Origin: Pseudomonas aeruginosa
GTDB taxonomy: Bacteria; Pseudomonadota; Gammaproteobacteria; Pseudomonadales; Pseudomonadaceae
Assembly (NCBI RefSeq): GCF_001457615.1
Contig: NZ_LN831024.1
Coordinates: 1,170,001 to 1,202,000, forward strand
Length of the DNA: 32,000 bases
Direction: 5' to 3'
Both the position numbers and the translations under genes were made by a program. The notes under the pieces are model-generated. The model was not told the origin of the DNA and searched no databases. It worked only from the letters and a program-made list of their open reading frames with translations. Positions 1 to 7,423 of the stretch are shown piece after piece (the first letter of the stretch is position 1; each line of letters starts with the position of its first letter).

Positions 1-62
1 TTTTACACTGCGACACCCGGCCGGCGTGGCCGGGAACAGGAAAAACCGACCAGGGAGTGGCC

Positions 63-974
63 ATGAACGCCTACGACATCGAAATCGTCAACGACGCCGC
101 GCACGCCGGCGAAGCCAACCACGGCTGGTGCTTCGGCCTGCCGCCGGGCATCCGTCCGGAGCAGTGGCCGCTGGATCCGGACACCGGCTATCCGCTGATG
201 CACGGCTTCACCCTGCTGCTGCCGGAGGACTACCGGGTGCATGGCCCGGAGATCGTCGCGCTGAGCTTCTTCTCCCTCGCCCCGGACCAGAACGACGGTG
301 GACCGACCAGCGTCGACGGCATTCGCGAGATGCTCATCGATCCGCCCGCGCAACCGCCGGCCGAAGCGGAACTGCGGCCGTTCTGGGAGGCCGGGCGCAA
401 TAGCCATCCGCGTCTGCATCGGATGGAGGACATCCTCGGCGGCGCCTATGCGTTGATCCTGCTCGACGCCGCTGAATTCAGCGGCGCGCCCTGCCAGCCG
501 CCGGCGCTGCCGGCGGGCAACCCGCTGTTGGCGCAGACCGAGCCGCCGCAGTGGCTGGAGGCTGGTTCGGCGGCCAGCTTCGTGCCGGACTGGGCGGAGG
601 ACGACTACTACCTGCTGCGCGCCCTCGGTGGCCGCCCGGCGGCCGGCCACCAGCAACGCTACCCGCTGCGCTGGACGGCGCGGGCGCAAGACCCCAACGC
701 CGGGGTGGTGCCCAGCGAATACGGCGACGGCGGCTACCAGCTGCCGCACTACTGGCTGGACGGCAAGATCGAGCGCGACAACTACCGCGAGCATCCCTGG
801 GTGGAAGGGCACCTGCCGAACCATATCGGCGGCACCATGCGTCCGGTGCAGGGCGTGCCGGAGATGAGTCCCTTCTACGTAGAGTTCGAGGAATACCTGG
901 GCGGCTACAACTTCGGCGGCGGCAACGCCCAGCTCGATTTCCGCGACATGCGCTTCGACTGGGCCTGCGGCTGA
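63..974 (+). CDS. conserved hypothetical protein (PA3850-like), possible YwqG/DUF1963-type C-terminus
   Basis: Track ORF 57..974. ATG at 63 is preceded by GGGAG (53-57). Third-position G+C is high. The C-terminal 'NHIGGTMRPVQG...FYVEFEE' resembles the H-x-GG-x-P-x-x-Q signature of DUF1963; this family call is from memory and weak. Confidence 0.6.
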   Translation: MNAYDIEIVNDAAHAGEANHGWCFGLPPGIRPEQWPLDPDTGYPLMHGFTLLLPEDYRVHGPEIVALSFFSLAPDQNDGGPTSVDGIREMLIDPPAQPPAEAELRPFWEAGRNSHPRLHRMEDILGGAYALILLDAAEFSGAPCQPPALPAGNPLLAQTEPPQWLEAGSAASFVPDWAEDDYYLLRALGGRPAAGHQQRYPLRWTARAQDPNAGVVPSEYGDGGYQLPHYWLDGKIERDNYREHPWVEGHLPNHIGGTMRPVQGVPEMSPFYVEFEEYLGGYNFGGGNAQLDFRDMRFDWACG

Positions 975-984
975 GGAGGGAAAG

Positions 985-1003
985 GGAGCGCCGGCGGCGC
1001 TCC
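985..1003. terminator. GC hairpin between convergent genes
   Basis: ggagcgcc (985-992) pairs with ggcgctcc (996-1003), with a 3-nt loop. It lies between the stop at 974 (+) and the stop at 1017 (-). There is no clear U-run. Confidence 0.3.
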
Positions 1004-1016
1004 GGGGCGGCGCGGG

Positions 1017-2021
1017 TCAGTCCTTGCGCCGCTTGAGCTGGTCCTTCAACTGGGTCGGCAACTGGCGGATGATCAGCATGTCGCGCTCTTCGTCGTATTC
1101 CACCTTGGAGCCCAGCAGGTGCGCCTCGAAGCTGATCGACAGGCCTTCGGCGCGGCCGGTGAAGCGGCGGAACTGGTTGAGGGTGCGCTTGTCCGCCGGG
1201 ATTTCCGGCGACAGGCCGTAGTCCTTGTTACGTATGTAGTCGTAGAACGCCCGCGGTTGCTGGTCGTCCATCAGTTCCGAAAGCGCGTCGAGGGTCATCG
1301 GCTCGCCGATGCGCGCCTGGGAGGTGGCGTAGTCGACCAGCGTCTCGGTCTTCTCGCGGGCCTGTTCCTCGGCCATGTCCTCGCTTTCCACGAAATCGCT
1401 GAAGGCTTTCAGCAGGGTGCGCGTCTCGCTCGGCGAATCCACCCCTTCCTGGCAGCCGATGAAGTCGCGGAAATAGTCGGAGACCTTCTTCCCGCCCTTG
1501 CCCTTGATGAACGAGATGTACTGCTTCGACTGCTTGTTGTTGCGCCATTCGGAGATATTGATCCGCGCGGCCAGGTGCAACTGGCCGAGGTCCAGGTGGC
1601 GCGACGGGGTGACCTCCAGCGACTCGTTCACCGCCACGCCTTCGCTGTGGTGCAGCAGGGCGATCGCCAGGTAGTCGGTCATGCCTTGCTGGTAGTGGGC
1701 GAACAGGATGTGGCCGCCGGTGGAGAGATTGGACTCCTCCATCAGCTTCTGCAGGTGCTCGACCGCTTCGCGGCTGAAGCCGACGAAGTCGCGATCGCCC
1801 TCCAGGTACTCACCGAGCCAGCCGCTGAACGGGTAGGCCCCGGACTCGCCCTGGAAGAAGCCCCAGGCCTTGTTCTTGGCGTTGTAGCTTTCGTTGAGGT
1901 CGGCCAGCAGGTTCTCGATGGCCTGGGAGTCGCCCAGCTCGGCGTCGCGCGCGTGGAGCACGGCCGGGGTGCCGTCGGGCTTCTTCTCGATCAGGTGGAC
2001 GATGGCGTGATGGATCGGCAT
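1017..2021 (-). CDS. ndpA: nucleoid-associated protein NdpA/YejK
   Basis: 334-aa ORF. The N-terminus '[20 protein letters not shown]...' and the overall length are typical of the YejK/NdpA family. Codon bias is strong. Confidence 0.9.
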
Positions 2022-2113
2022 GTCAGGTTCGACCTTTCAGGTAATCGGCGGCGCCGCGCAGGTTTCCGCGACGCTGCGGGACACGCCGCTGGCGCGCCCG
2101 CGGATCGGCCAGT

Positions 2114-3469
2114 TTACCCGAGGTTGCCGGCTTCTGCCTGCGTCGCCTGGCGTTCCTGCAGACCGTGCAGGCGCTTGATCACGAAGTTCAGGTGCAGGTG
2201 CAGCTCGTACAGCTCGTGGTAGTAGGAGAGCGGCACCTCCACGGTGTTCAGCTCGCTCTCCAGTTTCTCCAGCCGCTCGATCTCGCTTCTCAGTTGCTCG
2301 GCGTCGGTACCGCTGTCGAGCTTGCGGTCGATGTCGCGGATGTAGCGGTACCAGCGGTAGATGCGCGCGCGGATGCGCCAGCGATACAGCGGGCCGATGG
2401 ACTTCATCAGCGGGATGAGGATGGCGATGAACGGGATCAGCAGGATGATGTAGCGGTCCGCCAGGGAGGCGATGCGGAACGGCAGGTAGCGCTGCAGCAG
2501 CGGCAGGCCGCTCTTGTAGTAGCGCTCGGCGTCCTCGTGCAGGCGCAGGGTGCGCGGCTCGGCGCTGGGGAAGGCGCCGGGCTTGTCGAGCAGGCTGCCG
2601 TCCTTCATCACCTCGCGCGCGGCTTCCAGCACCAGCGGGATCAGCGCCGGGTGGAAGCGTTCGTTGATCACCAGGGTGGCCACCGGCGACAGGGTGCTGA
2701 TGTTTCGTTCCGGCACGTTGCGCGGCAGGTTGAGCAGGCCTTCGCCGACCTCGACCCGCTTGAGGAACGGCAGGCGCGCCTCGTAGGCGGCGCTGCGGCG
2801 GAAGTTGACCAGGCGAAGCTGGTCGTTGTCGGCCAATTTCTGGATCGCCGGGTTCTCCGCCGGGCCGACGATGAACGCCGCGTCCAGCTTGCCGGCCAGC
2901 AGGTCGTCGACCACCGCGTTGCCGCCGCGGGCTTCCCAGGTGATCGGATAGTGTCCCGGGGCGATGTCGTTGGCCTGCAGGATCGCCTCGGTGGCGGCGC
3001 GGGTGCCGCTGCCGTCGCTGCCGATGGCCAGGCGCAGGTGCAGCAGGTCGCTGAGCTGGTCGATGTGCACGTTGCTGCGGTGGAACAGCCAGAGCGGTTC
3101 CTGGTAGACCGCGCCGAGGGTCTGCAACTGGCGCGCCTGCCCGGCTTCGAGCTGGCGCTCCTGGCCGCTCTGGACCAGGGCGATGTCGACCTCGCCGGTG
3201 CCGAGCAGGCGCTCCAGGTTGTCGCGCGAGCCGGCGCTAGGCACCAGCTTCAGTTCGAAGCCCTGCTCCTTGAGCTTTTCCCGGAGCTTGCCGGCGAACA
3301 CGGCGTAGCCGCCGCCCTCGGCGCCGGTGGCCATGGTCGCGCTCATCGGCGGCGGTGGGGCGACGAAATAGAACACCGCGGCGACCAGGGCGGCGATCAC
3401 CGGGATCAGCCAGAGGTTGGCGCGGATCAGGATGGCGAGGTCCTTGAGCAGGTGCTTGATGCGATTCAT
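2114..3469 (-). CDS. membrane-anchored TAXI-family (TRAP-type) solute-binding-like protein with C-terminal TM and coiled-coil tail
   Basis: Track ORF 2114..3523. The likely start is ATG 3469 (MNRIKHLL), preceded by AAGGA. It has an N-terminal TM (LWLIPVIAALVAAVFYF), a TAXI-like periplasmic domain, a second TM (YIILLIPFIAILIPLM) and a charged helical tail. Confidence 0.75.
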   Translation of the reverse strand: MNRIKHLLKDLAILIRANLWLIPVIAALVAAVFYFVAPPPPMSATMATGAEGGGYAVFAGKLREKLKEQGFELKLVPSAGSRDNLERLLGTGEVDIALVQSGQERQLEAGQARQLQTLGAVYQEPLWLFHRSNVHIDQLSDLLHLRLAIGSDGSGTRAATEAILQANDIAPGHYPITWEARGGNAVVDDLLAGKLDAAFIVGPAENPAIQKLADNDQLRLVNFRRSAAYEARLPFLKRVEVGEGLLNLPRNVPERNISTLSPVATLVINERFHPALIPLVLEAAREVMKDGSLLDKPGAFPSAEPRTLRLHEDAERYYKSGLPLLQRYLPFRIASLADRYIILLIPFIAILIPLMKSIGPLYRWRIRARIYRWYRYIRDIDRKLDSGTDAEQLRSEIERLEKLESELNTVEVPLSYYHELYELHLHLNFVIKRLHGLQERQATQAEAGNLG

Positions 3470-3542
3470 GAGCGGTCCTTGTGCTGCTCTCCAGAAGGGT
3501 ATGACGGATGCGGGCGGGCGCACTCCTCAGCGTAGCCGAGGG

Positions 3543-4013
3543 TCACCGGCGGTCCGTGCGGAACTGCCGGCAGAGCACCCGGTGGCGATGCCGGAAGATG
3601 CGGGTGAGGAACCAGCGTACCAGTCCGGCGGCGAATAGCGGGCGCACGGTCAACTGGTCGACCAGCAGGCATTCCCCGGCCTCGCCCGGTGTCGGCAGGA
3701 TGCGTCGCTCGTGGCGCCAGAGGCGCATGCCGGTCATCGGCGACTGTTCGATGAAGCCGTGGCCGGGCGTCAGCTCCAGCAGGGTCAGTTGCGAAGTGCC
3801 CAGCGGCAGCAAGCCGAACAGGCGCATGTGGCTGCGGAACAGCGGGCGCCGGGGCACTACCTCCAGGTCTTCGAGGCTGCGGATACCGGGCGGTACGCTC
3901 ATGCTCAGCAACGGGCGTATCTCGCGGAGTATCCCGTCCACCGAGGTGATCCACCGCCAGAGCTGTTCGGGGCTGGCCTGCAGGCGCGATTCGAAATGCA
4001 GGCTGATATTCAT
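3543..4013 (-). CDS. conserved hypothetical protein, SRPBCC/START-like fold suspected
   Basis: 156-aa ORF (MNISLHFESRLQASPEQLWRWITSVDG...). The N-terminal 'PEQLWxxI' pattern is typical of the SRPBCC superfamily. Family call is weak. Confidence 0.6.
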   Translation of the reverse strand: MNISLHFESRLQASPEQLWRWITSVDGILREIRPLLSMSVPPGIRSLEDLEVVPRRPLFRSHMRLFGLLPLGTSQLTLLELTPGHGFIEQSPMTGMRLWRHERRILPTPGEAGECLLVDQLTVRPLFAAGLVRWFLTRIFRHRHRVLCRQFRTDRR

Positions 4014-4116
4014 CGCAGGCTCCTGCTAGGGTTGTGGGAGGACGCGCTGTCCATGGCGCCCGTGCCGTGCAAGCCTAAGCCAGACGAACCGAGACGTCGA
4101 ACCGAAGGAGGACGCC

Positions 4117-4659
4117 ATGCTGATCCGCGCCGCAACCTCGACCCTGCTGGTGGTCGATATCCAGGAACGCCTGCTGCCGGCCATCGACGACGGTCCGGCG
4201 CTGGTCGAGTACAGCCAGTGGTTGTTGCGCGTGGCCCGCGCACTGGACGTGCCGGTGCTGGCCAGCGAGCAGTACAGCAAGGGCCTGGGGCCGACGGTGG
4301 CGGCCCTGCGCGATGAGCTGGAGCCCACGCAGATCCTCGAGAAGCTGGACTTCTCGGCCGCCGCCGACGGCGCCCTGCTGCGCGCGCCCGGCGGCGACCG
4401 CCGGCAGTTCGTGGTTTGCGGCAGCGAGGCGCACGTCTGCGTGCTGCAGACCGTGCTCGACCTGCTTGGCCGTGGTCGCGAAGTGTTCGTCGTGGAGGAG
4501 GCGATCGGCTCGCGGCGGCCGAGCGACAAGGCGCTGGCCGTGGAGCGGATGCGCCAGGCCGGGGCGATGATCGTGTCGCGGGAGATGGTCGCCTTCGAAT
4601 GGATGGAACGCGCCGGCAGCGACCGCTTCCGCGAGATCAGCCGCAACTTCATTCGCTGA
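4117..4659 (+). CDS. isochorismatase-family hydrolase
   Basis: 180-aa ORF containing 'LLVVDIQERLLPAI', 'FVVCGSEAHVCVLQTVLDLL' and 'EMVAFEWM', which are typical isochorismatase/cysteine-hydrolase family motifs. Confidence 0.85.
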   Translation: MLIRAATSTLLVVDIQERLLPAIDDGPALVEYSQWLLRVARALDVPVLASEQYSKGLGPTVAALRDELEPTQILEKLDFSAAADGALLRAPGGDRRQFVVCGSEAHVCVLQTVLDLLGRGREVFVVEEAIGSRRPSDKALAVERMRQAGAMIVSREMVAFEWMERAGSDRFREISRNFIR

Positions 4660-5545
4660 GCGGCGGTTGCTCGGCCTGGTAGCGCCGGGCCTCCTCGCGC
4701 AGCCAGTCGGCGAAGGCCTGGTGGCGGTCGCTCGGCGGCTCGCGCTGCGGCCAGACCAGCCAGTAGGGATAGGGGTAGGGCACGCGGATGTCGCCCAGTT
4801 GCACCAGGCGGCCCTCGGCGAGGGCGCCGGCGACCAGGCTGCGACGCTCCAGGGCGATGCCCTGGCCCAGGCGCACGGCTTCCAGCAGCAGGTTCGAGTC
4901 ATTGATCAGCAGTCCGTGCTGCGGTTCCGCCACGCCGGCGCGCTGGCACCAGAGCGCCCAGGATTCGGTGGAGCGCAGTGTAGGGCAGGCGACGATCTCG
5001 CTCGGCGTGCGCGGCAGGCGGCCGCCGTTGAAGTCGGGCGCGGCGACCATCAGCAACTCGTCGTCGAACAGGCGTTCCCGACCGACCCCTTCCCAGTCGC
5101 CCTTGCCGATGCGTACGCCGAGGTCGGCCAGGCCCTGGCGCAGGTTCTGCACGTCAAGACTGGCCACCAGCCGCACGCGACAGTGCGGATGGCGCTCGCG
5201 AAAGCGCGGCAGGCGCGGCAGCAGCCAGTTCAGGCCGAAGGACGGCATCACCGTGACCACCAGCTCACCCTCCCGTGGACGCGCCCGCACCACCCGCGTG
5301 GCGTCGGCGATCTCGCCCAGCGAGGCGCGTACCTGCAGGGCGTAGAACCGGCCGTTCTCGCTCAGGCGCAGGCCGCGCCCCTCGCGGACGAACAGGGCCA
5401 GGCCGAGGAGGTTTTCCAGCAGCTTGATCTGCTGGCTGATCGCTGAGTGGGTGACGTGCAGCTCGCTGGCGGCCTGGCTGATGCTGCCGAGCCGGGCGAC
5501 CGCTTCGAAGCTGCGCAGGGCGGTGAGGGGAGGGAGGTCGCTCAT
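4649..5545 (-). CDS. LysR-family transcriptional regulator (GcvA-like)
   Basis: 298 aa. The N-terminal wHTH is 'LTALRSFEAVARLGSISQAASELHVTHSAISQQIKLLE'. It is divergent from the GST gene. Confidence 0.9.
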   Translation of the reverse strand: MSDLPPLTALRSFEAVARLGSISQAASELHVTHSAISQQIKLLENLLGLALFVREGRGLRLSENGRFYALQVRASLGEIADATRVVRARPREGELVVTVMPSFGLNWLLPRLPRFRERHPHCRVRLVASLDVQNLRQGLADLGVRIGKGDWEGVGRERLFDDELLMVAAPDFNGGRLPRTPSEIVACPTLRSTESWALWCQRAGVAEPQHGLLINDSNLLLEAVRLGQGIALERRSLVAGALAEGRLVQLGDIRVPYPYPYWLVWPQREPPSDRHQAFADWLREEARRYQAEQPPLSE

Positions 5546-5562
5546 GTAAGTTTTTCTAAAGG

Positions 5563-5573
5563 ATTCGCTGAAT
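5563..5573. promoter_or_regulatory. candidate LysR-type operator dyad in the divergent promoter region
   Basis: ATTCgctGAAT inverted repeat lies in the 123-bp AT-richer gap between the LysR gene (start 5545, -) and the GST gene (start 5669, +). Confidence 0.25.
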
Positions 5574-5668
5574 TTATCTCGATATTTTTCGCGTTGTGCA
5601 ACGACTAGAGTGATTTTCCCAGGCGTCGCCCTCTTAGCGGCGCTTAATCATCGACAAAGGATGCCGCG

Positions 5669-6280
5669 ATGCAACTGATCGGTATGCTGGATTCGCCTTT
5701 TGTGCGCCGGGTCGCCATCGCCCTGCGCCTGCTGGACCTGCCCTACGAGCACCGGCCGCTGTCGGTGTTCCGCAATTTCCAGGCGTTCAGCCTGTTCAAC
5801 CCGATGGTCAAGGCGCCCACGCTGGTGCTGGACGATGGCACCGTGCTGATGGACTCCAGCCTGATCCTCGATTACCTGGAGTGCCTGGCCGGCCGCGAAC
5901 GCAGTCTGCTGCCGCAACGGCCGCAGGCCCGTGCACGGGCGCTGAGTCTGATCGGTGCGGCGCTGGTGGCCTGCGAGAAATCCGTGCAGATCTACTACGA
6001 ACTGAACCTGCGTCCCGAGGAACGCCGCCATGGCCCCTGGCTGGAGCGGGTGGAGGGGCAGTTGCTGGCGGCCTACGACTGGCTGGAGGCAGCGCTGCGC
6101 CAGGAGCCGCTGGCACGCGACGGCGGCATCGAGCTGGTCGGGGTGACTGTTGCAGTGGCCTGGCGCTTCAGCCAACTGGTGGTCGCGGAGCGGGTCGCCG
6201 CCAGCGAATACCCGGAACTGGCAAGCTATTCGGATTATGCGGAAGGGTTGCCGGTGTTCCTCGAGACGCCGCCGGTCTGA
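5669..6280 (+). CDS. glutathione S-transferase family protein
   Basis: 203 aa. The thioredoxin-like N-domain 'MQLIGMLDSPFVRRVAIALRLLDLPYEHRPLSVF...VKAPTLVLDDGTVLMDSSLILDYLE' is typical of GSTs. Confidence 0.85.
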   Translation: MQLIGMLDSPFVRRVAIALRLLDLPYEHRPLSVFRNFQAFSLFNPMVKAPTLVLDDGTVLMDSSLILDYLECLAGRERSLLPQRPQARARALSLIGAALVACEKSVQIYYELNLRPEERRHGPWLERVEGQLLAAYDWLEAALRQEPLARDGGIELVGVTVAVAWRFSQLVVAERVAASEYPELASYSDYAEGLPVFLETPPV

Positions 6281-6595
6281 GCCCGCGAGGGGCCAGGCTG
6301 GCGCCCCTCGAACGGCTCGATTCCGCCTGCGCCCGGCCTCGGTTCGCTGCAGGTCGCTGCCGTCGTCACGGCCCGGACCGGTTGTTGCGAACTGCTGTTC
6401 GGCGCCGGCCTGGAGGCGGCCCGGCCCTGGCTCAGCCTGGTCCTGAGCGCGGCCCTCGGCTTGCTCTTCGGCATGCTGCTGGGCGGGCTCTGGTTCGGCT
6501 ACTGGATCCGCCAGGAGGGATTGCAACTGACCCACCTGCTGCTGGTGGTCTGGGTGCTGGCGAACTTCTTCGTGCTCAACGTCCGCTGGAACTGA
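6281..6595 (+). CDS. probable small two-TM membrane protein; start codon unresolved (open frame given)
   Basis: Frame 2 is open from the GST stop to TGA 6593-6595. By my count 77 of 83 codons (6347-6595) end in G/C. It encodes two hydrophobic helices (PWLSLVLSAALGLLFGMLLGGLWFGYWI; LTHLLLVVWVLANFFVL). The first canonical starts are only TTG 6461 and ATG 6473, and neither has an SD. Confidence 0.45.
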   Translation, partial: AREGPGWRPSNGSIPPAPGLGSLQVAAVVTARTGCCELLFGAGLEAARPWLSLVLSAALGLLFGMLLGGLWFGYWIRQEGLQLTHLLLVVWVLANFFVLNVRWN

Positions 6596-6815
6596 TGGGG
6601 ACTGCCGGTACGAGGAGCAGGGCGCGAGGACGGCGACAGTGGAGCGAGCCGGACGCCCGTCGATAGCGCGAAGTCGCATCTCGCTCCTGCCACCCGATCC
6701 CTCGGCTCCCCTCTGTTCGCACGCGCTGCATGGGCTGACGCAGTTGGAACTGCCCCCGGGCAGTGGCAGCCGGCTGCCTCGAGGGCAGGTGCTCCGGCTG
6801 GCTCGGCATGGTCAC
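6576..6815 (-). CDS. hypothetical Arg-rich 79-aa ORF downstream of spcS (doubtful)
   Basis: GTG 6815 overlaps (GTGA) the stop of a 16-codon mini-ORF that has an AAGGAG SD directly after spcS. Codon bias is only moderate: about 57 of 77 codons end in G/C. Confidence 0.25.
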   Translation of the reverse strand: MTMPSQPEHLPSRQPAATARGQFQLRQPMQRVRTEGSRGIGWQERDATSRYRRASGSLHCRRPRALLLVPAVPISSSGR

Positions 6816-6885
6816 TGGAGTTCAGCCCCGGGGTTCTTCGAGGAAAGCAGAACCTGCGGCATCGGCTCCTTTCGCCCGACTGGGC

Positions 6886-7236
6886 TCAGCGCAGCTCTTC
6901 GGCGGCGGCGACCAGTTGTTCGAGTTGATGGTGGATCTGGGCCCTGTCCAGCAACTGCAAGGGCTGGCGGTTCCAGAGCAGCCGTTCGCCGCTTTCGGGG
7001 TCGCGGCCCAGGATCGGCTTGCAAGGGTCCTGGCTGAACAGGTTCTGCTCGCTGGCCGTAGCGTCTCCTTGTCCTTCCAGGCGGGTGAACATCAACAGAT
7101 GATCGGTCGGATGTTCTGCCAGATGGCAGAGATGCGGGCCCACCTGCAGGCTGAGTACGCTCTCCTCGTCATTGGGCGTCGGGAGATCGAGAGCGAGAAA
7201 AAGCTGGTGGATGGCGGCGCGGTAGAGTGGATTCAT
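6886..7236 (-). CDS. spcS: type III secretion chaperone for ExoS/ExoT (SpcS, Orf1)
   Basis: Track ORF 6886..7266. ATG 7236 gives a 116-aa protein starting MNPLYRAAIHQLFLALDLP. It is divergent from exoS, as in the known locus. Confidence 0.9.
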   Translation of the reverse strand: MNPLYRAAIHQLFLALDLPTPNDEESVLSLQVGPHLCHLAEHPTDHLLMFTRLEGQGDATASEQNLFSQDPCKPILGRDPESGERLLWNRQPLQLLDRAQIHHQLEQLVAAAEELR

Positions 7237-7308
7237 GGCGTGTTCCGAGTCACTGGAGGCGGCCATTAGAGCAGTGCCAGCCCGGAGAGACTGTTAATCG
7301 TGGTTCTC

Positions 7309-7316
7309 TTTTTTTA
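7309..7316 (-). promoter_or_regulatory. ExsA box (TNAAAANA) of the spcS promoter
   Basis: The minus strand reads TAAAAAAA, followed 12 nt later by a TTAACA -35-like hexamer. It is about 75 nt upstream of the spcS ATG. The GnC element is not evident. Confidence 0.55.
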
Positions 7317-7339
7317 GGTTTTGCCGCTGCCGATTCCAG

Positions 7340-7392
7340 TGAAAAAACGGCGGCCAATCCTGATAGGCGATGGGGTTTCCCGTTCCTAGACT
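7340..7392 (+). promoter_or_regulatory. ExsA-dependent exoS promoter
   Basis: Elements are TGAAAAAA (7340-7347, TNAAAANA box), GGC (7352-7354, GnC), TGATA (7361-7365, TGnnA/-35-like), a 21-nt spacer, and TAGACT (7387-7392, -10-like). The unusual 21-22 bp spacing is a known trait of ExsA promoters. Confidence 0.75.
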
Positions 7393-7423
7393 GGCGGAGA
7401 AACATCAGGAGAAGGCAACCATC

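Noticed and set aside
6278-6310. TGA followed by a hairpin could be a selenocysteine codon plus SECIS element, fusing the GST to the downstream TM frame.
   Set aside because: The hairpin is short, with an 8-bp stem. I cannot see the conserved apical-loop features of bacterial SECIS elements. The UGA is not in any redox motif, and a 203-aa GST is already full length. I kept only the neutral observation that the frames are continuous.
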